A stretch of 64,000 nt of DNA from an uncultured Nocardioides sp. (GCF_902805925.1 NZ_CADCUP010000192.1:3830-67829), one strand, 5' to 3'. Shown: positions 12,487-27,505, numbered from the stretch's first letter. The notes: generated by a model from the letters alone, not told the origin. Program-made: numbers and translations.

Positions 12487-13361
12487 TCCCGACCGAGGTC
12501 GCGGTGGACCGCGCGCGTGTCGTGCCCGCGCTCCCGCAGCCGCCGGGCGACCTCCTCGCTCATCGCCACGCTGCGGTGCTTGCCGCCGGTGCAGCCGATG
12601 CCGATGGTCATGAACCGCTTGCCCTCGTTGAGGTAGCCGCGGGCGGCGATCTCGAGCACCGGGAGGTAGCCGTCGAGGAACTCGGTGGCACCCGGCTGCC
12701 TCATGACGTAGGACGAGACGTCCTCGTCGCGGCCGTCGTGCGGGCGCAGCTCGGGCACCCAGTGCGGGTTGGGGAGGAACCGCATGTCGCCCACGAAGTC
12801 GGCGTCGACGGGGATGCCGTACTTGAAGCCGAAGCTGATCACCGTGACCTTGAGCCGCATGGCCTGCGCGGAGCCGAAGCGCTCGGCGATCCGGCGGGTG
12901 AGCTGGTGCACGTTGAGGTTGGTCGTGTCGATGACGAGGTCGGCGTCGCCGCGGACGCTGGCCATGACCTTGCGCTCGCGGGCGAGGCCGTCGACCAGCC
13001 GGCCGGTGCCCTGGAGGGGGTGCGGCCGGCGCACGGCCTCCTGCCGGCGCACGAGCACGTCGTCGCTGGCCTCGAGGAACACCAGGGTGGCCGGCCGGCC
13101 GTGGACCTGCTGCTGCCGGTTGGCGTGCAGGGCCTCGAAGAAGGACCCCGAGCGCACGTCGGTGACCACGGCGATGGGCTGGCTCACGCCGCGGCTGTCG
13201 TCGACGAGGCGTACGACGTCGCGCACCAGCGCCGGCGGGAGGTTGTCGACGACGAAGAAGCCGAGGTCCTCGAGCTCCTTGGCGGCGGTGCTGCGCCCGG
13301 CACCGGTCATCCCGGTGACGACCACCAGCTCACCGGGCTGCGGGACGGCGGTCTCGGACAT
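12483..13361 (-). CDS. rapZ: RNase adapter protein RapZ (YvcJ family P-loop NTPase)
   Basis: The ATG at 13361 overlaps the uvrC stop (ATGA). It carries the Walker A motif GMTGAGRST and the C-terminal motif GCTGGKHRSV. Confidence 0.9.
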   Translation of the reverse strand: MSETAVPQPGELVVVTGMTGAGRSTAAKELEDLGFFVVDNLPPALVRDVVRLVDDSRGVSQPIAVVTDVRSGSFFEALHANRQQQVHGRPATLVFLEASDDVLVRRQEAVRRPHPLQGTGRLVDGLARERKVMASVRGDADLVIDTTNLNVHQLTRRIAERFGSAQAMRLKVTVISFGFKYGIPVDADFVGDMRFLPNPHWVPELRPHDGRDEDVSSYVMRQPGATEFLDGYLPVLEIAARGYLNEGKRFMTIGIGCTGGKHRSVAMSEEVARRLRERGHDTRAVHRDLGRE

Positions 13362-15394
13362 CAGTCCTCCTCGATCTCGCCGGTGGCGGTGTTGACCCGC
13401 AGCGGCTGGGTGGGTGCGGTGGTGCGCGCGGCGTCGGCGGTGGCGAGGGCCTCCTTGATGGCCCGCGAGGTGCTGGGCCCGATGCCGGGCACCATCGCGA
13501 TCTCCTCGGGCTCCGCGGCGCGCAGCTTCCTCAGGGACCCGAAGTGCTTGAGCAGGGTCCTGCGGCGCACCTCGCCGAGGCCGGGCACGTCGTCCAGGAC
13601 GCTCTCGACCATGGACTTCGAGCGCCGGCTGCGGTGGTGGGTGATGGCGAACCGGTGCGCCTCGTCGCGCACCCGCTGGAGCAGGTAGAGGCCCTCGCTG
13701 GTGCGGGCGAAGATCACGGGGTCCTCCTCGCCGGGCAGCCACACCTCCTCGAGGCGCTTGGCCAGCCCGCAGACCGGGATGTCGTTGATGCCGAGCTCGG
13801 CGAGCGCCTGCTGCGCGGCCGCCACCTGCGGCGGGCCGCCGTCGACCACCACGAGCCCCGGCGCGTAGGCGAACTTGCGCGGACGGCCGGTGTCGGGGTC
13901 GACGAGCATGGGGGCGGAGGGATCCTCCGGCTGGGCGTGCGGAGCCGTCGGGTCGTCCTGCACCGCCCGCGGAGCCGCTTGGGCATCGACCGAGCGGGCC
14001 TGCTCGTCGAGCAGCCGGCGGAAGCGCCGGGTGATCACCTCGTGCATGGAGGCGACGTCGTTCTGGCCGTCGACGCCCTTGATGACGAAGCGGCGGTACT
14101 CGCCCTTGCGCGCCAGGCCGTCCTCGAAGACCACCATCGAGGCGACGACCTCGGTGCCCTGCAGGTTGGAGACGTCGTAGCACTCGATGCGCAGCGGCAC
14201 CTCGTCGAGCGAGAGAGCCTGCTGGATCTCCTCGAGGGCGCGGTTGCGGGTGGTGAGGTCGCTGGCACGGCGGGTCTTGTGCAGCACCAGCGCCTGGCCG
14301 GCGTTGCGGGCGACGGTCTCCTGCAGCGTCTTCTTGTCGCCGCGCTGCGGCACCCGGATCGCCACCCGGCTGCCCCGCAGGCCGCTGAGCAGCTCCTCCA
14401 TCGTCGCGTGATCGGTCGGCAGCGCCGGCACGAGCACCTCCCGCGGGATCGACTCGGAGTCGCCGCCGTAGAGCTGGAGGAGGAAGTCCTCGACGAGCGC
14501 GGCGGTGTCGCCGTCGTCGGCCCGGTCGGCCACCCAGCCCCGCTGGCCGCGGATGCGGCCCCCGCGGACGTAGAAGATCTGCACGGCCACCTCGAGCGGG
14601 TCCTCGGCCAGCGCGATGACGTCGGCGTCGGTGCCGTCGCCGAGCACGACCGCCTGCTTCTCCAGCGCCCGGTTGAGCGCGCCGAGGTCGTCACGCAGCC
14701 GGGCGGCCTTCTCGAAGTCCAGCGCCTCGGAGGCGGCGTACATCTCGCGCTCGATGCGCCGGACGAAGCCGGTGGTGTTGCCGGCCATGAAGTCGCAGAA
14801 GTCGTCGACGATGGCGCGGTGCTGGTCGGCGCTGACGTTGCCGACACAGGGCGCCGCGCACTTGTCGATGTAGCCCAGGAGGCACGGCCGGCCGATCTGG
14901 GCGGACCGCTTGAAGACGCCGTTGCTGCACGAGCGCATCGGGAAGACCCGCAGCAGCGCGTCGACCGTCTCCCGGATGGCCCAGGCGTGGCTGTAGGGCC
15001 CGAAGTAGCGGGTGCCCTTGCGCTTGGCGCCGCGCCCCACCATCACGCGGGGGAACTCCTCCCCCACGGTGACGGCGAGCCAGGGGTAGGACTTGTCGTC
15101 GCGGTACTTGACGTTGAAGCGCGGGTCGAACTCCTTGATCCAGCTGTACTCCAGCTGGAGCGCCTCCACCTCGGTGTTGACGACGGTCCACTCGACGCTC
15201 GCGCCGGTGGTGACCATCGAGGCGGTGCGGGAGTGCAGGTTGCCGATGTCCTGGAAGTACGACGACAGCCGGGCCCGCAGGTTCTTGGCCTTGCCGACGT
15301 AGATGACGCGGCCCCGGGCGTCACGGAAGCGGTAGACCCCCGGCTGCGTCGGGATCGACCCGGGTGCCGGGCGATACGACGCGGGTGAAGCCAT
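13361..15394 (-). CDS. uvrC: excinuclease ABC subunit C
   Basis: It has an N-terminal GIY-YIG domain ([26 protein letters not shown]), a UVR domain and a C-terminal (HhH)2 domain. Length is 677 aa. Confidence 0.93.
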   Translation of the reverse strand: MASPASYRPAPGSIPTQPGVYRFRDARGRVIYVGKAKNLRARLSSYFQDIGNLHSRTASMVTTGASVEWTVVNTEVEALQLEYSWIKEFDPRFNVKYRDDKSYPWLAVTVGEEFPRVMVGRGAKRKGTRYFGPYSHAWAIRETVDALLRVFPMRSCSNGVFKRSAQIGRPCLLGYIDKCAAPCVGNVSADQHRAIVDDFCDFMAGNTTGFVRRIEREMYAASEALDFEKAARLRDDLGALNRALEKQAVVLGDGTDADVIALAEDPLEVAVQIFYVRGGRIRGQRGWVADRADDGDTAALVEDFLLQLYGGDSESIPREVLVPALPTDHATMEELLSGLRGSRVAIRVPQRGDKKTLQETVARNAGQALVLHKTRRASDLTTRNRALEEIQQALSLDEVPLRIECYDVSNLQGTEVVASMVVFEDGLARKGEYRRFVIKGVDGQNDVASMHEVITRRFRRLLDEQARSVDAQAAPRAVQDDPTAPHAQPEDPSAPMLVDPDTGRPRKFAYAPGLVVVDGGPPQVAAAQQALAELGINDIPVCGLAKRLEEVWLPGEEDPVIFARTSEGLYLLQRVRDEAHRFAITHHRSRRSKSMVESVLDDVPGLGEVRRRTLLKHFGSLRKLRAAEPEEIAMVPGIGPSTSRAIKEALATADAARTTAPTQPLRVNTATGEIEED

Positions 15395-15470
15395 GCGACA
15401 ACCCTACGGGCAGCCACCGACGCTCCGGCCCGGCCTCGGGTGAGGTGCGGCACACGAGCCGTCCCCCGGG

Positions 15471-15968
15471 TCAGGCCAGGGCGATGTCGTCACCGTCGAC
15501 GACGATCTCGACGGCCTCGAGTGGGGCGCTGGCGGGACCGGCCTGAGGTGCGCCGTCCTCGAGGGAGAACTGGCTGCTGTGGCAGTTGCAGGGGATGACG
15601 CCCTCCGAGCCCGAGGAGACCAGGCAGCCCTGATGGGTGCAGACGGCGCTGAAGCACCTGAAGTCGCCCTCGGTCGGCTGGGTGACCACGACCTTGGCGT
15701 CGGAGTAGACCGCGCAGCCACCCACCGGGACGTCGGCGGTCTTCGCGAACACGTCTCCCCCGGTGCTCTCCGCGCCCCCGGCGGCCGGCGTCTCGGCGGG
15801 AGCCGACGACGAGGGAGCGCTCGAGCCGGCGTCCGTGGCGGTCGAGTCGTCGGAGCCGCAGCCGGCGAGCAGCGGCGCCCCGACCCCTGCGACGGCGGCG
15901 GCGGCGGAGAGAGCGGTACGACGGTTGAGTCCTGTGGCCAAGGCGTGGTCCTTCTTTCGTGGGGTCAC
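15471..15968 (-). CDS. Tat-exported Rieske [2Fe-2S] lipoprotein
   Basis: A twin-arginine motif LNRRTAL is followed by the lipobox LLAGC. The bc1/b6f-type cluster loops are CTHQGC...CNCHSSQF. The start is GTG. Confidence 0.75.
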   Translation of the reverse strand: MTPRKKDHALATGLNRRTALSAAAAVAGVGAPLLAGCGSDDSTATDAGSSAPSSSAPAETPAAGGAESTGGDVFAKTADVPVGGCAVYSDAKVVVTQPTEGDFRCFSAVCTHQGCLVSSGSEGVIPCNCHSSQFSLEDGAPQAGPASAPLEAVEIVVDGDDIALA

Positions 15969-16050
15969 CGGTCGGGCTGGTGAGCGTCACCCTAGCCAGC
16001 CGCACCTCGCCGGGCCGGCGCGCGACCGACGGGGTGCGGACGCATCCTGC

Positions 16051-19074
<3,024 letters not shown>

Positions 19075-19103
19075 TGGAGTCCTACGGGTCGGCGTGGAGG
19101 AGT

Positions 19104-19118
19104 TCGAACAAACGTTCG
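19104..19118 (-). promoter_or_regulatory. candidate LexA (SOS/Cheo-type) box upstream of uvrA
   Basis: TCGAACAAACGTTCG fits GAAC-N4-GTTC and matches 11/12 positions of the mycobacterial consensus TCGAAC-N4-GTTCGA. It lies 30-44 nt upstream of the uvrA GTG. Confidence 0.6.
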
Positions 19119-19200
19119 CCATGCTACCGGTCGCGGCAAGCGTGTCGTGCCGGCCTCGACACACTCTCACGAGCCACCGACACTCCCCGAAAGTGCGGGA

Positions 19201-19572
19201 TCACAGGCGGGCGACGAACCGGCGGCCGCGCAGCGCCTCCTCCACCAGGCCCACCCCGCGGCGGACGGCGAGCAGCCTCGCCTCCTCCGCCTGGAACGTC
19301 GTCACGGCGGCCTCCACGACGTCGAGGTCGGCGACCTCACGCAGGTCGGCGCGGCACTGGCTCAGCCCCCGGCGCACGGCCGCCTGCTGCGCCTCGACGT
19401 GCAGCACGGCGAAGCGGGCGAGCACGACGACGTGGCGACGCAGGGCGGCGTGCTGGCGGTAGTCGGGAGGGCAGATGTCGAAGAGCCAGTTGACGGCCGT
19501 GCGCTCCCAGTCGGGGGCGTCGGGAGGCCGGACGGCCGCGGGCCAGCCGGGCGGGGCGACGGGGGCGGGCAT
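19201..19572 (-). CDS. hypothetical protein (123 aa), putatively SOS-regulated
   Basis: The ATG-initiated ORF has high third-position GC and is co-directional with uvrA. I recognised no domain. A LexA-like box lies 20 nt upstream. Confidence 0.5.
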   Translation of the reverse strand: MPAPVAPPGWPAAVRPPDAPDWERTAVNWLFDICPPDYRQHAALRRHVVVLARFAVLHVEAQQAAVRRGLSQCRADLREVADLDVVEAAVTTFQAEEARLLAVRRGVGLVEEALRGRRFVARL

Positions 19573-19591
19573 GGGCCGAGCATACCGGCGC

Positions 19592-19607
19592 TCGAACAGG
19601 TGTTCTA
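19592..19607 (-). promoter_or_regulatory. candidate LexA (SOS/Cheo-type) box upstream of the 123-aa ORF
   Basis: TCGAACAGGTGTTCTA fits GAAC-N4-GTTC and matches 11/12 positions of TCGAAC-N4-GTTCGA. It lies 20-35 nt upstream of the ATG at 19572. Confidence 0.5.
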
Positions 19608-19636
19608 GTCAGCGCGACGCGCGTCCGCCGTGGCGG

Positions 19637-19936
19637 TCACCGCAGCCGGTCCTCGACCCGTTGCACCTTGGCGGCCAGCTGCCCGGTGTCGTGGCCGCGA
19701 CGCAGGTCGGCCTTGAGCACCAGCCCGACGCGCGGCGCGGTCTCGGCGACCGTCAGCACGGCCTCCTTGACGACGGCCATCACCTCGTCCCACTCCCCCT
19801 CGATGTTGGTGAACATGGAGTTGGTCTCGCACGGCAGCCCGGACTCGCGGATCACCCGGACGGCCTCGGCGACCGAGGCCGACACGCCCCCGGTGTCGTC
19901 GGCGCCGGAGGGACTGATGCTGATGGCAACGATCAT
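19637..19936 (-). CDS. MTH1187/YkoF-family (DUF77) thiamine-binding-like protein
   Basis: 99 aa. The sequence MIVAISISP...GLPCETNSMFTNIEGEWDEVM...LKADLR matches the ferredoxin-like fold pattern of this family as I recall it. Confidence 0.7.
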   Translation of the reverse strand: MIVAISISPSGADDTGGVSASVAEAVRVIRESGLPCETNSMFTNIEGEWDEVMAVVKEAVLTVAETAPRVGLVLKADLRRGHDTGQLAAKVQRVEDRLR

Positions 19937-20218
19937 GGGCTCACCCTAGGAGACGTGCCGAGTCGCCTCTTTGTCTGGTTACTCGATGAAGTTCGGCCAT
20001 GCCGCGGCACCTCCTCCGCTCCGCCTCGGGACCGCTGGACGTGCACGTATCGAGAGGACCGCCACGGTCGGGCCGGGGCTGCCTGCCGCACGCCGGGCGA
20101 GGTGGTGGACCCGCAGCGCTCGGCGACGCCTTCGTGGCCGATCCGTGGGTCGGCGACCTGGGGACCCGTGCTGCCGACCGACGTCGCCGCCCGGACCTGC
20201 CGCATCAGCGCCTGAGCC

Positions 20219-20965
20219 TCACAGCAGGGAGCGCACCAGCAGCACGGCCGCGGACGCCGCGCACACGCCGAGCACCACCTGGCGGAACCCCTCCCGCGGG
20301 ACGCGGCCGCGCACCGCCGCCCCCACGGCGAAGCCGCCGACGACGAGCGGCAGGAAGAGCAGGCCGAGCCACAGGGACGCAGCCGGCATCTCCCCCGTGG
20401 CCGCGAACAGGGCGACGGAGAGCAGCGTCCCGACGAAGAAGAACACCGCCAGCGTCGCCCGGGTCTCCTGGGGCGGGCGGTGGCTGAACAGGACCGCCAT
20501 CGGCGGCCCGCCGACCGAGGTGGCCGTCCCCGCCGTGCCGGCGGCCAGCCCGGCGAGGAACAGGCGCGCCGGCGTCAGTCGCACCTCGACCACCCAGTGG
20601 GCCAGCACGACGGCCGCCAGGACCATCAGGGCGACCACCACACCGAGCGCCCGGTCGGAGAAGGCGGCCACGAGCCACACCCCGAGGACGGTCCCCGGCA
20701 GGCGGGCCGGGAGCGCCCACGCGGTCGCCCACCAGTTCACGTGCCGCCACTCGGCCACCAGCACGAACAGCGACAGCGGCACCGCCAGCCACAGCAGCAG
20801 GGTCGGGGTGAGCGAGGGCTCGAGGAGCGCGACCACCGGCGCTCCGAGAAGACCGAGGCCGAGGCCGACCACCGACTGCACGAAGGCTCCCACGACCACG
20901 ACGACCGCGAGCACCAGGACCACCTCGAGCGGCACCCCCACGACGTCGGTCACCCGGCCATTCAT
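20219..20965 (-). CDS. TauE/SafE-family sulfite/anion exporter membrane protein
   Basis: The ATG at 20965 (MNGRVTDVVG...) gives about 248 aa with 7-8 hydrophobic helices and Gly-rich helix motifs typical of TauE/SafE. The long ORF to 21943 is antisense to the ABC ATPase. Confidence 0.7.
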   Translation of the reverse strand: MNGRVTDVVGVPLEVVLVLAVVVVVGAFVQSVVGLGLGLLGAPVVALLEPSLTPTLLLWLAVPLSLFVLVAEWRHVNWWATAWALPARLPGTVLGVWLVAAFSDRALGVVVALMVLAAVVLAHWVVEVRLTPARLFLAGLAAGTAGTATSVGGPPMAVLFSHRPPQETRATLAVFFFVGTLLSVALFAATGEMPAASLWLGLLFLPLVVGGFAVGAAVRGRVPREGFRQVVLGVCAASAAVLLVRSLL

Positions 20966-21064
20966 CCATACGGGTCGACCCTGAGGGCGCCTCGGGGTCC
21001 ACTCCGGTGAGGCCGGGGTCGCACCCGATGTCCGCGCGCCGGCTGCCGCGGAAGTCTGGTCGAC

Positions 21065-21964
21065 ATGATCCTCATCGACTCGCTCACCATGAAGTACGGC
21101 GGCTTCACCGCCCTCGACGACGTGTCGTTCGCCTCCGAGCCCGGCCGGGTCACCGGCTTCCTGGGTCCGAACGGCGCCGGCAAGTCCACCACCATGCGCA
21201 TCATGGTCGGCCTCACCAAGCCGACCTCCGGACACGCGACCGTCGCCGGCCGGCGCTACGCCGACCTGCCCAACCCCGGCCGGGAGGTGGGCGTGCTCCT
21301 CGACGCCTCCGCCCAGCACGCGGGCCGGACCGGGCGCGAGATCCTCACGATCGCGGCGCGCACCATGGGCGTCCCGGGACGGCGGGTGGACGAGATGCTC
21401 GACCTGGTGAGCCTCACGCCCACCGAGGCCGGCCGACGGGTCCGCAACTACTCGCTCGGCATGCGCCAGCGCCTCGGCATCGCCACCGCCCTCATCGGCG
21501 ACCCGCACGTCCTCATCCTGGACGAGCCGGCCAACGGCCTGGACCCGGCCGGCATCCGCTGGATGCGCGACCTGCTCCGCGGGTACGCCGACCAGGGCGG
21601 CACCGTGCTGCTCAGCTCGCACCTGCTGCACGAGATCGAGGTCATCGCCGACGACCTCATCGTCATCGGCAACGGGCGGATCGTCGCCCAGGGCACCAAG
21701 GCCGAGCTCCTCGCCACCGCCGGGACGCTGGTCCGCACGCCCGACACCGCCGTGCTCGCGCAGGCCATCGCGTCGGCCGGCCTGGTCGCGCACTCGTCCG
21801 GACCGGACCTGCTGCGCGTGGAGTCGGACCCCCACGTCGTCGGGCGGATCGCCCTGGAGACCGGCGTCCCGCTGGTCGAGCTGCGCGCCGCCGAGGGCGC
21901 GGGGCTGGAGGAGATGTTCCTCGAGCTCACCGCCGAGACCCAACGAGAAGGAGCAGCAGCATGA
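21065..21964 (+). CDS. ABC transporter ATP-binding protein (ABC-2 type exporter)
   Basis: It carries Walker A GPNGAGKST, signature YSLGMRQRL and Walker B ILILDEP. Confidence 0.9.
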   Translation: MILIDSLTMKYGGFTALDDVSFASEPGRVTGFLGPNGAGKSTTMRIMVGLTKPTSGHATVAGRRYADLPNPGREVGVLLDASAQHAGRTGREILTIAARTMGVPGRRVDEMLDLVSLTPTEAGRRVRNYSLGMRQRLGIATALIGDPHVLILDEPANGLDPAGIRWMRDLLRGYADQGGTVLLSSHLLHEIEVIADDLIVIGNGRIVAQGTKAELLATAGTLVRTPDTAVLAQAIASAGLVAHSSGPDLLRVESDPHVVGRIALETGVPLVELRAAEGAGLEEMFLELTAETQREGAAA

Positions 21965-22809
21965 GCACCACGACCATCACCCCCACGTCCGGCACCCCCG
22001 CGTCCGGCACCCCCACGTCCGGCACCCCCACGGCCGGCGCCCGCCGGACGACGTACCCGCCCATCCCGTTCGGTCGGATCCTGGGCGTGGAGCTGCGCAA
22101 GATGTTCGACACCCGCTCGGGATTCTGGCTCCTGATGAGCATCGGCATCCTGGCCGTGCTCGCCAGCGCGGCGGTCGTGCTCTTCGCACCGGACGAGGAG
22201 ATCGCGTACGGCAGCTTCGCCGGTGCCATCGGCATCCCGATGTCGATCCTGCTGCCGGTCATCGCGGTCCTGTCGGTCACCGGCGAGTGGAGCCAGCGCT
22301 CCGGCCTCACGACCTTCACCCTGGTGCCGAGCCGCGGTCGCGTCATCGCTGCCAAGGCCGTCGCCGCTGTCGGCGTGGGGGTCGCCGGGATGGCCGTCGC
22401 GCTGGCGGTCGGCGCGCTCGGCAACGTCGTGGGCTCCCAGCTCGCCGGCGTGCCGACCCAGTGGGACGCCACCGCGGCCAACCTCGGCTTCATCGTGCTC
22501 GCCTCGGTGCTCGGGCAGCTGATGGGCTTCATGCTCGGCGTGCTGGTGCGCAACTCCCCCGGCGCGATCGTCGGCTACTTCGTCTACGCGTTCATCGTGC
22601 CGACGCTGTCCGGCGTGCTGGCCTCGACCCAGGACTGGTACCGCGACGTCCAGCAGTGGGTGGACTTCCAGTACAACCAGACCTCGCTCTACGACACGGT
22701 CGGCCTCTCGGGCGACGAGGCGGCCCAGCTGGCCGTGACCGCCGGCCTGTGGCTGGTCCTGCCGATGCTGGTGGGCCTGTGGCTGGTGAGCCGGTCGGAG
22801 GTCAAGTAG
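21961..22809 (+). CDS. ABC-2 family transporter permease
   Basis: ATGA overlap with the ATPase stop. About six hydrophobic helices follow a Thr/Pro/Ser/Gly repeat N-terminus. Confidence 0.7.
   Translation: MSTTTITPTSGTPASGTPTSGTPTAGARRTTYPPIPFGRILGVELRKMFDTRSGFWLLMSIGILAVLASAAVVLFAPDEEIAYGSFAGAIGIPMSILLPVIAVLSVTGEWSQRSGLTTFTLVPSRGRVIAAKAVAAVGVGVAGMAVALAVGALGNVVGSQLAGVPTQWDATAANLGFIVLASVLGQLMGFMLGVLVRNSPGAIVGYFVYAFIVPTLSGVLASTQDWYRDVQQWVDFQYNQTSLYDTVGLSGDEAAQLAVTAGLWLVLPMLVGLWLVSRSEVK
21979..22038 (+). repeat. 15-bp tandem repeat x4 inside the permease 5' end
   Basis: Four units read acccccacgtccggc / acccccgcgtccggc / acccccacgtccggc / acccccacggccggc and encode (TPxSG)4. Confidence 0.9.
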
Positions 22810-22819
22810 CACCGCTCGC

Positions 22820-22855
22820 ACGACGCGCCGCCCGGTCCACCGGGCGGCGCGTCGT
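22820..22855. terminator. bidirectional stem-loop between convergent permease and acnA
   Basis: A perfect 16-bp inverted repeat ACGACGCGCCGCCCGG / CCGGGCGGCGCGTCGT has a 4-nt loop. It sits between stop codons at 22809 and 22881. Confidence 0.6.
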
Positions 22856-22880
22856 CGTACGGGGTGGTGCGGGGTGCGGG

Positions 22881-25757
<2,877 letters not shown>

Positions 25758-25932
25758 CAGTCGTCTCCTCGTGGTTGCTCGTGGTGTCGCGCGCGACCCA
25801 TCTTGCCGCCGCGCGGCAACGGGGCGGAAGTAAGGCAGCCCTCATTCACCGTCGGCGGATATCTCTTGACATCAAGATACATGACGCCGCCGCACCGTGC
25901 CAGCACCGACGGCGGGAGGTACGTTGAGCCCG

Positions 25933-26937
25933 ATGGAGTCGCTCCAGGACGCGGTCGATGCAGAGGCGGAACGCACCGGGTTCTCCGGCGTGGTCCACGT
26001 GGACCGCTCGGGAGTGATCGAGCTGTCCAGTGCCTATGGGCTCGCCGATCGTGCTCACGGGGTCCCCAACACGGTCGGCACCATGTTCGCGATCGCGAGC
26101 GGGTCGAAGACCATGACCGCCATGGCCGTGATGAGCCTGGTCGAGCGGAAGGCCTTCAAGCTCGGGACGACCGCCCGTTCGCTGCTCGGCGAGGACCTGC
26201 CCCTCATCGCCGATGACGTGACGGTCGAGCACCTGCTGGCGCATCGTTCCGGGATCGGCGACTACCTCGACGAGGACGCCGTCGACGACATCGGTGACTA
26301 CGTGATGCCGGTGCCGGTGCACGAGCTGGCGACCACCGAGCAGTTCCTGCCGGTGCTCGACGGTCACGCGACCGTGTTCGCAGCCGGCGAGCGGTTCGCC
26401 TACAACAACGGTGGATACGTCGTGCTCGCGCTCCTGGCCGAGCGCGCGACCGGGGTGGGGTTCCACGAGCTGGTTCGCACACTGGTCTGTGAGCCTGCAG
26501 GTATGGACGCCACCGCGTTCCTGCGCTCCGACGAGCTCCCCGGCCACGCCGCCGTGGGCTACCTGTCCGTGGACGGTGCACGGACCAACGTGTTCCATCT
26601 CCCTGTGCGCGGCAACGGCGACGGCGGCATCTACACGACCGCAGCGGACCTCAGCGCCTTCTGGGACGCACTCTTCGCCGGACGCATCGTCTCCCCGGAG
26701 TCACTCGCCCAGATGGTGCGGCCGCGCAGCGAGGTGCCGGAGGGATCCATGCGCTACGGCCTCGGCCTGTACCTCTCCGGTGCCCACGACACGGTCTGGC
26801 TCGACGGGCACGACGCAGGCGCGTCGATGATCAGCCTGCACCGGCCCTCGGCATCCTTGACCTGCACGGTCATCTCGAACTGGTCCGATGGTGCCTGGCC
26901 GGTCCTCGAGCTGCTCGACCACCGACTGGGCCCCTGA
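25933..26937 (+). CDS. serine hydrolase, beta-lactamase/transpeptidase fold
   Basis: It carries the S-x-x-K motif in FAIASGSKTMTAMAV. The start is uncertain: GTG 25897, TTG 25924 or ATG 25933. GGGAGG lies at 25914-25919. Confidence 0.72.
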   Translation: MESLQDAVDAEAERTGFSGVVHVDRSGVIELSSAYGLADRAHGVPNTVGTMFAIASGSKTMTAMAVMSLVERKAFKLGTTARSLLGEDLPLIADDVTVEHLLAHRSGIGDYLDEDAVDDIGDYVMPVPVHELATTEQFLPVLDGHATVFAAGERFAYNNGGYVVLALLAERATGVGFHELVRTLVCEPAGMDATAFLRSDELPGHAAVGYLSVDGARTNVFHLPVRGNGDGGIYTTAADLSAFWDALFAGRIVSPESLAQMVRPRSEVPEGSMRYGLGLYLSGAHDTVWLDGHDAGASMISLHRPSASLTCTVISNWSDGAWPVLELLDHRLGP

Positions 26938-27058
26938 GCACCACCATCTGCGACACGGCACGGACCGCACGGCGACCACGCAGCCCGTGCGCACCGGTGC
27001 TCTCCGGGGGGCCGGCGACCTGAGGCGGACCGGCGTGACCTGCCGTTGGCCGAGGGGC

Positions 27059-27505
27059 TCAGCCGCCCGGGGACAGCCGGATCCGCCCGCTCGCCTCGCC
27101 CGGCGGGGCGACGCATGCCTCCCGGGCGCGGGAGGCGACGTCGTCCGGGAACGGCGCCGGGGCGCCACCCCGCACGTGGATCCCCAGCACCTCCTCCGTC
27201 GCGCGGAGCCGGTCCGCCACCCACAGCTCGTGCCAGACCCACAGCAGCTTGCCGGTGACGCCGATGACCGACGAGCGGACCTCGAGGTCGCTGCCGCCCG
27301 GCACCTCCGCGAGGTAGCGGACGTGCGCCTCGACCGTGTAGAGCGAGGCGTCGTGTGCGGACCGGTAGTCCGGGCCCAGCCCCACGGCGTCCATGACCGC
27401 ATCGGTGGCGTGGCCGAAGACCAGCACGTAGTAGGCCTCGGAGAGGTGGCCGTTGTAGTCGATCCAGGCGGCTTGGACCGACTCGCGCCAGGTGCTGGTG
27501 GTCAC
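27059..27505 (-). CDS. hotdog-fold acyl-CoA thioesterase (4HBT-like; betainyl-CoA thioesterase-like position)
   Basis: 148 aa with YNGHLSEAYYVLVFGHATDA typical of 4HBT thioesterases. The GTG start overlaps the stop of the upstream dehydrogenase (GTGA). Confidence 0.72.
   Translation of the reverse strand: MTTSTWRESVQAAWIDYNGHLSEAYYVLVFGHATDAVMDAVGLGPDYRSAHDASLYTVEAHVRYLAEVPGGSDLEVRSSVIGVTGKLLWVWHELWVADRLRATEEVLGIHVRGGAPAPFPDDVASRAREACVAPPGEASGRIRLSPGG

Noticed and set aside
19933-20205. A 90-aa minus-strand ORF whose stop overlaps the start of the DUF77 gene as ATGA (looks translationally coupled).
   Set aside because: Its 3' half uses many A/T-ending codons (CGA, GGA, ACT, TCA, AGT, ACA, TCT, CCT) that are atypical for this genome. 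The sequence is Arg/Ser-rich with no recognisable fold. Only the first ~45 codons look coding-like, which may be a remnant.
19937-20218. A possible TPP riboswitch upstream of the YkoF/MTH1187-like (thiamine-binding family) gene.
   Set aside because: I read the minus strand and found no CUGAGA motif. I also found no pairing equivalent to the ACCUGAUCUGGAUAAUGCCAGCG pyrimidine-sensor helix. Only vague similarity (GAACTTCATCGAGTAACCAGAC) is present. An Infernal scan with RF00059 would settle it.
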